Assembly (NCBI RefSeq): GCF_009914755.1
Contig: NC_060926.1
Strand: one strand, 5' to 3'
DNA: 64,000 nt
DNA from: the human T2T-CHM13v2.0 reference genome, Homo sapiens
Of the stretch, positions 1 to 14,195 are shown piece by piece (within the stretch, counting starts at the first letter, position 1; every line of letters begins with the position of its first letter). A model generated the notes under the pieces. That model saw only the letters and a program-made list of their open reading frames with translations. It was not told the origin of the DNA and searched no databases. The position numbers and the translations under genes were made by a program.

Positions 1-679
1 TTCTGGGCTAACTCCCACTTACCCTGGGAGTGACAGAGTTCATGAGTGATCTTCCCCCATGAAGCATCATCACTCTGGCATCATCTCTCGTCCTCTCCCC
101 ATATGTTCTCTTCCCTCTTCCTACCTTGATTCAACTGAGCCAGGGCTATTTCTGTGTCTGTGAACAGGTAATAGTGTTTATGAGGGCAGATATCTGACAT
201 GTTTTTCTTCTTTATTTTACCTGACATATGCTTGTACCCTTTATTTAATCTGACATTTTTTTGTACTCTTCTGGCCTAGCCTACTCTGCCAGTTCTGAGG
301 TGCATTTTTTTTTCGTATTTTAATACCTCTGATATTGTTATGCTCTCCAGTTGATAAAATCTTAAAATTTTAATTGACAGTGGCTTTTTTCTAACTTGGT
401 GAAACAAAAATAAGGGTTAATTTCCTTCTACAATCAACAGCATCTTTGATTTGATGAAATATAGTGATAGATGTTAAAGATCATGTAAACGAATGGATGG
501 CACTCACAGCCCTCCTTGAGTCACATTACTATGCCTACTTAGAACCTAGCTGCCCTGCATCATGGCAGGGCAGCAGTTGAACATTATTCTTTATTTATGT
601 TAGGCTTTCCTAGTAAAGGTAGGGCAGATAATAAATCAGCTAAAATTGTTTTTAATCATTTCTTGCTGGAATGATGTGA

Positions 680-886
<207 letters not shown>

Positions 887-1136
887 TAAAAATATAGTTA
901 CTGTGGTATGCTTTTCACAAGCTTATTGGGAGAAGAACTGAATTAGTTCTTGGCAGGCATGACTAAACATCTCAAAATGTGAACAGTGAATAATAAACTC
1001 CCTTTTCTATTAACACTTCATCCATTCCCCAGTTGTCATCAATGATTACCTTTTGATGTTTATGCTTAAGTACAGATTCATTCATTGATCCAGAATTATT
1101 TAAACCAACCTTAAAGAGCTTATGTTTAGTGGGTTA

Positions 1137-1524
1137 CAGTAAAAGTTCACAAACTTTTCCTGGCAAAGGCCAAATAGTAAATATTTTAGATTCAGAAGGT
1201 CAATTCAGTCTCTGCCATAACTAATCAACCTGCCATGTGCCACAAAGGCAGCCAAAAAGAAAAATAGGTAAACTAACAAGCATGGGTGTGTTTGAATAAA
1301 ACTTTATTTGTAAACACTAAAATTTGAATTTCATATCATTTTCACATATGAATTAGCATCCTTCTTTTGTTTTTTTAAATCATTCAAAAATATAATGACG
1401 TGAAACATGAATGGCAGTGACACAAAGTCAGGAAGTAGAACGATATATGTTTTTAGCTTGCGGTTCATACAAAAATAAGTAGCAGGCTAGATATAGTCCC
1501 TGGACTGTAGTTTGTCTTCTCCTG
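1137..1524 (+). mobile_element. MER58B-like hAT-Charlie DNA transposon fossil (intron 3)
   Basis: caaacttttcc..aaaggccaaatagtaaatattttag ... aataaaactttatttg ... ctgtagtttgtc..cctg resembles MER58. Confidence 0.7.
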
Positions 1525-1786
1525 AATTATACAAACATATCTGTTTCCAATTCACTTTCCATTGATAAAATTCACCAGTTGATTCTTCATTAATACTAAG
1601 ACAATATAACCTATTCTGCCCAGGGTTCTTGTAATTATTTCTTCCTGACTCTTTCTTTCACCTCTAATTTCATTAAATACTAGAAACCAAAAAAAGCAGT
1701 ATGAACTCTCTGGTCTCCCAGACATAAGAAAGAAAAACGTTCTTTCTATCTGTTTGTATATAACATTGATTGCATTAAAATTCTAA

Positions 1787-2038
<252 letters not shown>

Positions 2039-2240
2039 TAATGAATATCTACTATTCTAATTTTTAAAAGGTAAATGAAAATCTTCTGATTTCTAATTTT
2101 ACAAGTGACCATGATCTGCCCAAATAAAAGGTAAAGATGTTTATTATACTAAGATTCTCTTTAACATTCCAAAAACCAGTTTTCTCTAATCAAAATACCT
2201 CTACAAGTTATCCATTTTTAAAAATGTTGGCTTAATTCTT

Positions 2241-2534
2241 ATTTCTTTTTTGAGATGGGAGTCTCGCTGTGTCATCCAGGCTGGAGTGCGGTGGCATGAT
2301 CTTAGCTCACTCTAGCCTCAAAATCCTGAGCTTAAGCAATTCTCCCACTGCAGCTTCCTGGTTAGTTGAGACCACAGGTGTGCACCACCACACCCAACTA
2401 ATTTTTTATTTTTTGTAGAGATGGGGTCATACTATGTTGCCCAGGCTGGTCTTGAAATCCTGGGCTCAAGTGATCTTCCCTCTTCAACCTCCAAAAGTGT
2501 TGGAATTACAGGTGTGAGCCACTGCACCCAGTCT
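2241..2534 (-). mobile_element. AluJ-like SINE, antisense in intron 4
   Basis: tttttgagatgg..gtctcgctgtgtcatccaggctggagtg ... tcctgggctcaagtgatc ... gtgagccactgcacccag. Confidence 0.92.
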
Positions 2535-2764
2535 TTAATTTATTTTTATATCATTGGATGTTTATATAGAGATTTGAGAATGATAGCATCATAACATATT
2601 CTCTAGTGGCTCTAATGGTTTGGGTGGACCAATGTCCCAGAGTGTTTCTGTAGTGGACATATGGTCGAAGGGGCAGGTTAAATGATGCCTCAGTTCAATA
2701 AATTTTTACTTCCATTATCCAGATCCGACAAACTGACTCATACATGTTATAGAAAGGGAGTGAC

Positions 2765-3036
2765 GCAAGAACAAAAAACCAAACACCGCATATTCTCACT
2801 CATAGGTGGGAATTGAACAATGAGAACACATGGACACAGGAAAGGGAACATCACACTCTGGGGCCTGTTGTGGGGTGGGGGGAGGGGGGAGGGATAGCAC
2901 TGGGAGATATACCTAATGCTAGATGACGAGTTAGTGGGTGCAGCGCACCAGCATGGCACATGTATACATATGTAACTAACCTGCACATTGTGCACATGTA
3001 CCCTAAAACTTAAAGTATAATAATAATAATAATAAA
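2765..3036 (+). mobile_element. Young 5'-truncated L1 3' end (L1PA2/PA3-like) with 14-bp TSD
   Basis: Near-consensus L1PA 3' UTR with a G-rich tract and (TAA)n tail. Perfect TSD AGAAAGGGAGTGAC at 2751-2764 and 3037-3050. GAG rather than ACA/ACG at the Ta-diagnostic site. Confidence 0.93.
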
Positions 3037-4919
3037 AGAAAGGGAGTGACTATTGAGTAGATAGCATGGGGCTGGATTTCCAGAGATAACTAACATTTCT
3101 GAATAGCATAAGGGATGTATGGGTTTTGGAAGTTGGTTACCAACGGGAAATGTACGTATTTTGGCAATACCACTTGATTAACGACAAAACACTATTTTTC
3201 TTCCTGGTCTACAATGATAATCACCCCAAAAGAATAAACTTACAAGAAGTCAAAGGAAGAAATACTCCAATTGTGTCATATACAGGCAATTCTATGTCTC
3301 TGCTTCTTTAGCTGATGAAATCTTTTGCCTGTCAGGTAGTACTTATCACTGTCCAGGATGCCAAGATATTTCTCTACCAGACTGGCTTTTGTTCCCACTT
3401 CCTCACATAACTATTTCATAACTCCCCTGTCTCCTTACCACTCCTGCAATCTCTCCCAGACCATTCGTTCTGAGCCAATGACCTCACTTCATAATGTATA
3501 GAGAAAATAGAAACTGCCAGATACTCATTTTTTACCCTCTAACTTTGCAAACATAACTGCATTTGTGCATCATCTCCTTCTTCCATCTTATTGCAAAAAC
3601 CTCCTCTTATCAAAAACCACTCCCTCTGCTTAACCCTGGATCCCATTCTTTTCTCTGTTATAAATATTGTGATTTCAGGAATCAGCTTCTCTTTCCTATT
3701 TCTCTTAAAACTTCCATGTTTGTTCCTTCTTTCTTATAACAACTCTGTTTCCCTCTGAATCTCTATCCTGTTCCTCTCTCTCCATCTCTGTCTATGCCCC
3801 ATTTTTCTGTGCAGCGTCTCTGCCTCTCTATTACTCATTATAGTCCTCACACTCTTATGATACTTTTACAACCTCACTGTCAATTCAGAAAATTTCACTG
3901 TCTTTGAGAAAAATTTAAGGTAATCTTCTATGGCCCACTTCCACATTTCTAGCCAGGTCATATCGTAGATTGTTAGCCATCATATTGATTCACTATATTT
4001 GGGTACCTGCCTATGGTCCCTGTGGTGGAAAATGTGGAGTGTGGCCCCTAAGGCACCATGAGCCATGCACAGGTCAGGTCCATTTTATTTCATTCATTCA
4101 TATGAAAGAGGCACAGCTAAAGTACTTTTCCTTTGTGCAATGAATTCTCTAAGGACAGGCTATATGGAATATTGAATTCTTGTCCAACAAAGATGAAGAT
4201 GAGATATAAGAAGTGTCTATGGGGGTGGGGTCCAAAGATGCAAGCCATGGGGAAAAATTTCCCACGTCAATGCCTAAGTCCAAGTTCTGTGTTGGGTGGA
4301 AAGGCCTGTACTTCACTAGAGATTGATCCAGAATTATTAAAAATGGGTGTCCTGACCCCTAAACACCCTGTGACCAAGCAGATAACCTCATGCTTTATTT
4401 AGTCCAACTTCCTACAGAATCTGTCATCATCAGAGGCTGTCACATTTTCTGTGATTTTAAAAAAGCATCTGTGAGCATATGGAGAAGCTAGTGCAAAGGG
4501 CTTAATTGTAAAGTAACGTTCCATGAAATGGGGTCTGTTTTTATGGTGCCAGAACCATTTTCTCCCAGAAGAACTGCAATTCACGAATTATAGAATAGGC
4601 ATAGGATTCATGTCCCCATGTGGAATGGTGACTAAGTGTCTCCAGCTATAAATGTCTGTGCTATGGAAGCCAGAAAGAGTAAATTTAAAACCATTTGACT
4701 CTAGTCGAACAAATACCATACTTTTCCATTTCCCCAAATATTTTCTCACATTATTGTTCTATGTCTTCATGCAACGTCTTTAATCTTTAAATTTCTTAAG
4801 TGTTTTCTTGGGTAAAAATTCACTCAACTAGAAAATCAAACTTTCTAGGAGTATCTAGCCCAAGCAATAAAGACTTCAACATACAGAAGCAGCTCATTTC
4901 TCTTTTTCCTCCTTTCTAG

Positions 4920-5081
<162 letters not shown>

Positions 5082-7779
5082 TGAAAGAAGCTTATATATT
5101 TTGTCTTCATTATGAAATTCTTGCCTTGGCCTCTAATCATAGCCAATTAATTTTCACAGTATTAGGGAAGTCATTCACAACAGTTCTCAATTTAGAAGGT
5201 ATAGTGGAATTAAACATCTGTCTACTTCTTTCTTTTGGGAAAATATGTCTTTGTCTTCTATATATGAATCCTTTTTATATAGCTTAAATTCAACTGACAA
5301 AAGATTTTAAATGAGACTAAAAATAGTAAACATTTATTTTACCTACTTCGTGTCATTTGAGTGTTTCTTTTCCCTCTATGATGTTTATTAATAAATAAAG
5401 GTTAAACTATTTCAGATGTCATCATTTTTAATTGACTTGCATTCTTAGAGCCATGATCAACACTGCTTGCTATAGGTTTTTTCAAATGCCTATCAAAAAC
5501 AGTTCATTTGTTTTGTTTTGTGTTGGTGTTTTATTTTCCAAGGAGGCATGTGAGCATGTCCAGTTGCTGCCAGGGATTTAGTAAGTATCACACAGAGAAC
5601 CCAAGTAAACATTTTTAGATAATGAAACATTGACATTGTTGAGGACAGTATTTATTACTTCTTTCATTCAGCAATCTTTATGGATTTTCTACCAGTACTT
5701 ACAGGTTGATTTTAGATACACAGCAGACTCTGTCTTCCTAAGGTTACACCAGACCCCATACTTTAACACCATATGTCACAAAATTGACTTGTTCTTAAAT
5801 ATGAAGAATTGCTTTAAAGATGGCAAGCATGGTTATAGCTTGTAATCCTGGGTTTGACCTTATGTGAAAGTTTGGCAATAGAGAGCTCCTGTACACAACC
5901 TCTCCTGCAAGGGAACATTTAGATATACTATTTTTATCTCTATTTAGTTAAAAATACTCATTTATGTGGGAGAGGTCTCATTTCCCATTTAGAAGGGCTT
6001 ATGGAAACTGGACTCATCCTACTAACCTCTCTCTGAGCTAGTAAAGCACTATAAACTGCATTTAGAATTGCAAAGTAAACTTAGTTATCAACATTGTAGG
6101 CAGCCTATTCTTGATTATATTCATCAATCATACAGAAAAAGTATTGTAGACGGAAATAACAATTCATTGAGAAGTCATGTATTTTTTATCTTAGAATATA
6201 TTTCATCTCAATAGTAGGTCTAATCTCTTATTTATATTTGGCTTATTCTAACATATTTTCAGAAATTAAGTATCTGAGCACCCAGAAGTTAGCTTTCTAT
6301 AAGTATATATTACCAATAAGACAAAGCCAGCCTGAAGTTTAGAAGGGAGCATGAATAGTCCACAAGTAACTGAGAACTGATTAAGTGCCCTTATGGCTAC
6401 AGTATTCTGCTGGCTGTATCATGAATGAATTAATTGATGATTATTGGCATCAAGAAATTTGAAGACCAAAATAAACCCAATGAAATGTGTTGTATGTTAA
6501 TACATGGTGCAAGAATACTGAGGCACTTTTAACTATGTGAATTTGGTCTCTGCATCTCAGTTTATTCAAGGGCTATTTCTGGACAACCTTATCTGCATTA
6601 TATTACATCTTTTCATATATGTGGCTCATAAGTACCATCTGTAAATAAGCATTCATCATAAAAAAAATCAAAAGAAAGGGAGTAAAGACTCAACAATCAG
6701 TTAGCTTTTTTTGAAAAGTATTTTTAGTCAAAAATTATTTAACCAAAGTATTTGATGATGGAAATGTTTTACTCACTTTCTCAATATGCAGTTAACAATT
6801 CTTCATTACTGCTTATAGCACAGGAGACAGCTGTTCCAAAGAGGAAAACATTGTTAATAGAATGCAACGAATAACATTTGACAGATGATTAAAGAGATTC
6901 TGATGATCTCCTTCCTTTACCATATCACTTCTTCTGAGAAGAGATTTACACAGCTATAGCCATCTATTTCTTCCTAAAAGAAAAACCACTTCACAAAAGT
7001 AGAAGAAAGATTTCGATATTTTATTTGGGGCTTTCTACGTCTCTCTCTCCTAAGCCTAAGAATGTCTTGGCTTTTTTTGCCTCTATTTGTCAGAATGCTA
7101 AGAAAATAAATAAATTAAATATAAGTTAATTTTTTTTAAAACCTACTTTTCCCAATAATGAATACTTTGCAGTGAAAAATAATTCTACCTGAAAAGAGAA
7201 ATAGAATTGTGAAATATGTTGATCATTGTCATCAATTTAGTAGAACTGGAATGTCCCCAGATTCTCCAATCCTATCGGCATGTCATACTTAACTCTTAAA
7301 GATCCAGAGTAAATGATGGAGTTCTCATTTCAAGTAACTTGGGTAATCCATCCCCTCATCATCACTCCTTTACTCCTGAGGGTTCCTGGGGGTCAGACTT
7401 AAATGTTCCTGGTGATTGCCATCCACTGTGTGCTCCAAGTTCAACTTTTGATTTCTTCTCCCCAAATCTTGCATGTGCTGCAGCCGCCCTTTCTCATCTT
7501 GTTTCACATTGCCTTAAACATGGACATAGTCCTACCTCCTTCCTTCTCCAAAACACCATTCTTGCTTTTGACAGATTTTGGGACCTGTGGGGGAGAAAGA
7601 GGAACAAAGAACAGAATTTAGCATTAAGGTCCCACCGTGACTCTTTTTCTCACCTTTCTCTTGCTCAATCTGGACACACTTCCGTTGAACCTGCTCTCAT
7701 AACTTCTCTCAGTCTTCCCTCATATCCTCTTAGTTCAGTGCTAAGATGCCACCTCCTCATTTTCTATTGCAACCCTCTT

Positions 7780-9168
7780 TTTTAACTTTTATTTTAAGTT
7801 CAGGGGTACATCTGAAGGTTTGTCACATAGGTAAACGTGTCCGGGGGGTTGTTAAACAGATTATTTCATCACCCAGGTATTAAACCCACTACCCAATAAT
7901 AATCTTTTCTGCTCCTCTTTCTCCCCCCACCCTCCATCCTCAAGTAGACCTCAATGTCTGCTGTTTCCTTCTTTGTGTTCATCAGTTCTCATCATTTAGC
8001 TCCCACTTATAATTGAGAACATGCGGTATTTGGTTTTCTGTTTCTGCATTAGTTTTTTAGGCCAATAGCTTCTGGCTCCATCCATGTCCCCAGAAAAGAC
8101 ATGATCTCTTTATTTTTTATGGCTGCATAGTATTCCATAGTGTATATGTATTACATTTTCTTTAACCACTCTGTCACTGAAGGGTTTTTAGGTTGATTCC
8201 ATGTCTTTGCTATTGTGAATAATCCTGCAATGAACATTTATGTGCATGTGTCTTTATGACAGAATGATTAATATTCCTCTGGGTATATACCCAGTAATAG
8301 GTTTCCAAACCATACTATAGGGGGGTACAATAACCAAACAGCATGGTACTGGTACAAAAACAAGCACATAGACCAATGAAACAGAATAGAGAGACCAGAA
8401 ATAAGGCCGCACACCTACGACCATCTGATCTTTGACAAAGCTGACAAAAACAAGCAATGGGGAAAAGACTTCCTATTCAATAAATGGTGGTGGGATAACT
8501 GGCTAGCCATATGCAGAAGACTGAAGCCAGTCTCCTTCCTTATACTATATACAAAAATCAACTCAATGTGGCTTAAAGACTACCTAAAACTATAAAAACC
8601 TGGAAGACAACCTAGGCAATACCATCCTGCACATAGGAACAGGCAAAGATTCTGTGACAAAGACACTAAAATCAATAAAAACATTGGCAAATGGCATCTC
8701 ATTAAACTTAAGAGCTTCTGTACAGCAAAAGAAACTATCAATAGAATAAACAGACAACCTACGGAATGGTAGAAAATATTTGCATAGTATGCATTTGACA
8801 AAGGTCTAATATCCATCATCTATAAGGAACTTAAATTTACAAGAGAGAAACAACCCCATTAAAACGTGGGCAAAGGACATGAATAAACAATTCTCAAAAG
8901 AAGACAGAGATGTGGCCAAGAAGCATTTGAAAAAAAGCTCAACATCACTGATCATTAGTGAAATGAAAATCAAAACCACAATGAGATACCATCTCATACC
9001 AGTCAGAATGACTATTTATTAAAAAGACAAAAAATAACAGATGCTGATGAGGTTGTGGAGTAAAAGGAACACATACATTGTTGGTGAGAATGTAAAGTAG
9101 TTCAACCACTGTGGAAAGCAGTATGGCAATTTCTTAGAGAGCTAAAAGCAGAACTACCAGTTGACCCA
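7780..9168 (-). mobile_element. 5'-inverted (twin-primed) L1, L1PA13-16-like
   Basis: 7780 to ~8302 is an antisense L1 3' end; ~8303-9175 is the ORF2 C-terminal region in the opposite orientation. TSD GCAACCCTCTT at 7769-7779 and 9169-9179. Confidence 0.9.
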
Positions 9169-10222
9169 GCAACCCTCTTATAGAGTAGTTTAAATCCCTT
9201 TTGTTCTATTTCTATCACCTAGATAAACCTGTGCACACATGAACTTGTCTTAACAACAACACATTTCCCTGAGATAAATTGTTTTGCCCCCCTCAGTGTA
9301 TGATGAGGGTGATGGTAGTTTCCTATTTTAAAAAAATAGCAATAGTTGCTTTGTTGTATTAACATACCCAATAGAAATATATTGGTCAGCTTTTGGAAAA
9401 ATAGATCAAGTCTAGTTTCCAACATTGGAAACAAATTTGATCACAAGAAATTTCCAATCAGACATTTTCATATTGATGTCAGTGAACACACATAGGAATG
9501 ATCCACAAAATTACTACTCATTGTTTTCTTTCAATGATGTAGCTTCAAATCCCTATCTGCTAGACTAGTCAGTGGAAAGAAAACAAGTTTGAGAAACCTC
9601 ATCAGCCGAGGTGTTCCATCTACATCCCTCCTTACCCCTGTTTAGGAACCATTGCCTAGCTTGCCTTCTCCACCAGAGCTATAATTCTTTAAACCCCATT
9701 TTTCATTTACTCAACAGATTGAAACATTTCCTAAAGTTGAATATGGACCCAGAACTTGGAATGTCTATACCACATTGGTTTACACTAAGTTCTGTTTTTA
9801 TTAAGATTCTTTGGGTCACTTTCTTAATGGAATTTGCTTCATAATTACCTAAAAGGGAAGATGCTTCTGTGTATGTTCATTTGTTTCAGGGTAATATTGT
9901 CATCCATAGCTGCTCTCCAATGCACAAAACTGAGTACTCATGGTATATAGGGAGGCATATAGGGACATTCATCTCTGTTCCTACATCTTTGTAAAGACTT
10001 TGGCACAGAGACAATACTTAGTAAATATGTTTTAATTGAACTGAATAATTGTTTATTATTTCTGCCTTATGATATCAGAACTACAATAAGCTCTGAATAT
10101 ACATCCAAAAAAAGAGAATATATTTCAGCTAAAACTGACTTGACGAAATCAGAGAACACAGGAAGTTCTGGATATTTGCAGATGAAGTTTAATAAATAGG
10201 AATAAAAGGCTCAATAAAAAAG

Positions 10223-10224
10223 AC

Positions 10225-10270
<46 letters not shown>
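10223..10270. repeat. (CA)n microsatellite in HNMT intron 5
   Basis: About 20 uninterrupted AC units after an ACACACGC prefix. Confidence 0.97.
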
Positions 10271-10271
<1 letters not shown>

Positions 10272-11629
10272 AAATGGAAGCAGCCAGACAAAAGCAATAA
10301 AGAACAAACAACTAAAACTATTTGTGTATTTTTAGGGAAAGAAAAAGAAATTGAAATCAGAATTAAATGACAACATTTACTGGTCAGCTTATGGAAATAT
10401 ATGTTGCTTGATGGAAATCAACCTTTCCTCTGTGTTTCTAAATATCCATTACAGAATTACCCTAACTCAAGAGACTGTCATTTAGTGATAACTAGTAGAA
10501 GTTCCTGATAATGGAGATGAAAGAAATTTGATTTGGGGATAAAAAAGAAGAGATATAAGAACAAGAGAGTTGGATTTCTTTAAAAAATGTGGAGTATCCC
10601 ACACTAAAATGGTATCAAAGAAAAGTTTTTTTCTGCAAATGTGATAGCCAAGCATCAATTGGGAGGGTTGCTGTTTAAAAGGCAGCCTGTCTGGTTAAGG
10701 GAGATGAGCCAGAAGGAGATCACTGAAGCTTTCTGTCTGTCCTCTCCTTACCTGAGTAAGGAAGGAGGAAAATCATTGTGTGTTATTTTTAGTGCAGTGA
10801 GAAAAAGAAAATCTGGCTTACATCATGTTGAAAACAAAAGTAACACCATATGTTGTGCCCACCGAGAGCCATTATGATAATGCATTAGTCGGGAAGTGCA
10901 TAATTGCTCAGCTCAGAAATGGCACCGAGTCACAGCACTGACACCAGCAAATTTTTTGCAATTAGTGTTTGGTTCTTTTTTCTCTGCCAGGTTAAAAATA
11001 ATAATAATGATGATAACAGAGCCTCTCTTCAACCACTGAAATGCTGATTTTCTTGTAATGTCTTGTTTGCCGGCAAACTCTTATTTAGGAAGACAATCCA
11101 CTGTCTTTGGAATAAAAGATTTTTAAATAAATACTCACAACCCTCATTTATTTTCATTGAACAGAGGTTTTATTCTTTCTGCTTCATTCCAATTCCACCT
11201 TCTCCTAGAGCATATCCTGCAGTTACCTCTCCCTCTTCTGAAATATAAGTAGAACATCAATTATCCTAGGCTATTTATTATTTAGCCTATTATTTGTCTT
11301 GGTTCATCTCTTGAGTTAAATTAGATCTGGGAACTTTAGCTTAATCCATGCATGAGCGCCAAGGGTCTTTGAGCATTCTATAATCTTATGCAGAACTGTG
11401 TGGGTATGTATTGTTTGTGTATTTTTCTGGAGAGTCAGTTACTCTCACTAGATCATAAAGGGGACTTGGGAACCAAAAGTATCTCAAGACATTTAATCCT
11501 AGAAGCACAAAGAAAGTATAAGTTGTCTCTTATATTGCTTTTGCCAAATCCAGTTTAACACTTCAGTAACGTTAACTATTGTGTCATGGTTCTAAGGGTC
11601 TTTACTTTATTAACTCAGTGAATCCTTGT

Positions 11630-11780
11630 AGCAGTCTATAAATGGATTATATTATCACCCCTGTTTTACAGATGATAAAACTGAGACACAGGTTCATAAA
11701 GTTGGTAAGAAGGAAAGCCAGGCTTCATACTCAGGCAGTTGGGTTTTAGAGACCATGCTCTTTATTACTGCCCTGTACTG
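11630..11780 (-). mobile_element. MIR SINE fragment
   Basis: attatcacccctgttttacagatgataaaactgagacacagg matches the MIR core. Confidence 0.75.
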
Positions 11781-11989
11781 ACTGTGTATGTAATATGCAT
11801 GTATTAGAAGGCCCATAAATAGAAACTCATTATTATTATTATAGATTTCTGAATAGCAGGCTTGCTTTTTTAGTCTCAAGAATGCAATCAGTGGAAATAC
11901 ACTAGCAAACTAATTCATGTATTTTATAAGCACTTATTACACATCTTTCATGTGCGTACCATTACGCAATAATTCACTTAAATTATCTC

Positions 11990-12140
11990 ATGTAATGCTT
12001 GTAGTTGCATTCAAGGTAAGTTTGATAATCCCCATTTTACAGATGAGGAAATTTAAGTTCTGAGAGGCTAGATAACAAGCCTCATCTCATTCATAAAGCA
12101 TCAGAAGAAGAGTTCAGCTCATGTCTGTCTCCCTCAGATA
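11990..12140 (-). mobile_element. MIR SINE fragment
   Basis: atccccattttacagatgaggaaa. Confidence 0.7.
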
Positions 12141-12369
12141 AGGTATTCCGTAGCTTCTCTGCAGGGTTAGAATTTCAGTTTAGTACTACAAACATTGCTA
12201 AAAGGTCTTCTAAACTTGGGGACAAGATTTATAGAAATCCACCTAGTTATTGTCAGTCCAAGGCAGCATCTTTTTTTATATAGAGATGAGAGTAAAAAAT
12301 CATTGATTTGAGTAAATCACCATTTACTGTGCTCTTTCTTTCCATTTTAATTTTCACTGTTAAAGATTC

Positions 12370-13540
12370 TTGTCTGAATTCCAGACTAACAACTACCTTC
12401 CTCATATCACCACCTGAATGTCCAGTAGGTATCTCAAATTTATATTCCTGAAACCAGAGGCCTGATGATACAAAACTGCTCGTCTTCATTCTTCTCTCCA
12501 ACAATGGCAATTCTGTCTTCTCAGGCGCCCTCACAGAAATTACTGGGGTCATCACTGATTCTTTCTTTTTACCCATATCCTACATCCAAATTGTTGGCGA
12601 GCCCTGTTGGATCTCGGAGTATAACACATAAAAACTCCCACCACTTCTCTTCACCTCCCAGCTCACTGGTCTGTGGGACCCACCCCCACCTATCCCCCAG
12701 GTGATTACAGTAGCCTTCTCGCTGTTCTCCCCACCTCTGCCCTTATGCGCCAGTACTCTCTTCCCATCGGTGAGGCCAGGGTGACCTTATTAAATGTATA
12801 TTGAGTCATTCTAATGTGCTGTTCCATACAGAAACCATGTTTTAGTAGTGAAGTTGAAACTGAAATTAATTTAAATGAATGAAACTTAAAATTCAGGTCT
12901 TCAGTAACACTTGAAACTCAAGTCCTAAGCCACCTTTCAAGTGCTCCATAGCAACAAGTGGTGAGTGACAATCCTGCTGGACAATGCAGATATCGAACGT
13001 GTCCATTGGTTCAGAAAATTCTATCAGACAGCATTACAGTGGTTTCCCATTGGGCCCCAAGTGATCTGGGCCCTTCATCCACTCCCCACCCCTAATCTCT
13101 CCAACCTCATCTCTTTTCCCTCTGCCCTCACTCATTCAGCTCCAATTTCACTGGCTTCCTGGCTAGTTCTTTAATGGGCCAAGTATCATCCTGTATTCAG
13201 GTCCTTTGCAGCTGCTCATCTCTCTCCTGGAGTCATCTTCCCCCTGATATCTCCATGTCTTGCTGTCAGGTCTCTGCTCAAATGTCAGGTTATTAGACAG
13301 ACTCTGCGACCACCCTAGTTAAAACAGCAGCCCATCAAAGTCTTTAACCCTCTTAGCATTTACTCAGATTACTTTTTCATTTAGCATTTATCACCATATA
13401 TTTACTTATTTTTCTCTCTCCTCCTGTACTCCTTGAAATATGAGCTGCACAAAGGACAAGATTATTATTTTGTTCTATTCTAAGCATCTAGTGTACTTTC
13501 TGGCAGACTGCAAATGAAAGAAAGAATAAATGAAAGCATG
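12370..13540 (+). mobile_element. L2 LINE 3' portion, interrupted by a MER3-like element
   Basis: C/T-rich L2 text (ctctccaacctcatctc, tctctgctcaaatgtca) ending in an aatgaaag/aataaatgaa tail. Confidence 0.75.
12812..13035. mobile_element. MER3/MER33-like hAT DNA transposon
   Basis: ttaaaattcagg..tcagt...tttcaagtgctc..tagc..aagtgg...ggacaatgcagat...gaaaattctat..gacagc. Confidence 0.65.
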
Positions 13541-13541
13541 A

Positions 13542-13916
<375 letters not shown>

Positions 13917-14195
13917 CTATCAATCACAAAAGTATATTCAAAAATTATATTTTGAACAACTCGAATCACTCATTTATTTCCATATTAAAATCACAAACTC
14001 ATCCATTAATGTAGATAAAGCACTGTTTGGATATGAGATGTAGCAAATTCCAATACATTATTGGACTTCCATTTGGAATCATATGGGATACTGCTGGTCT
14101 TATCCTGTCCCTCCTCCAGGTAGAGAGACCACAAGCAGGCTCAACATAACATAAGCTAGAAAAATTAGATGACTGAATTTCTATGGCATATTGAT

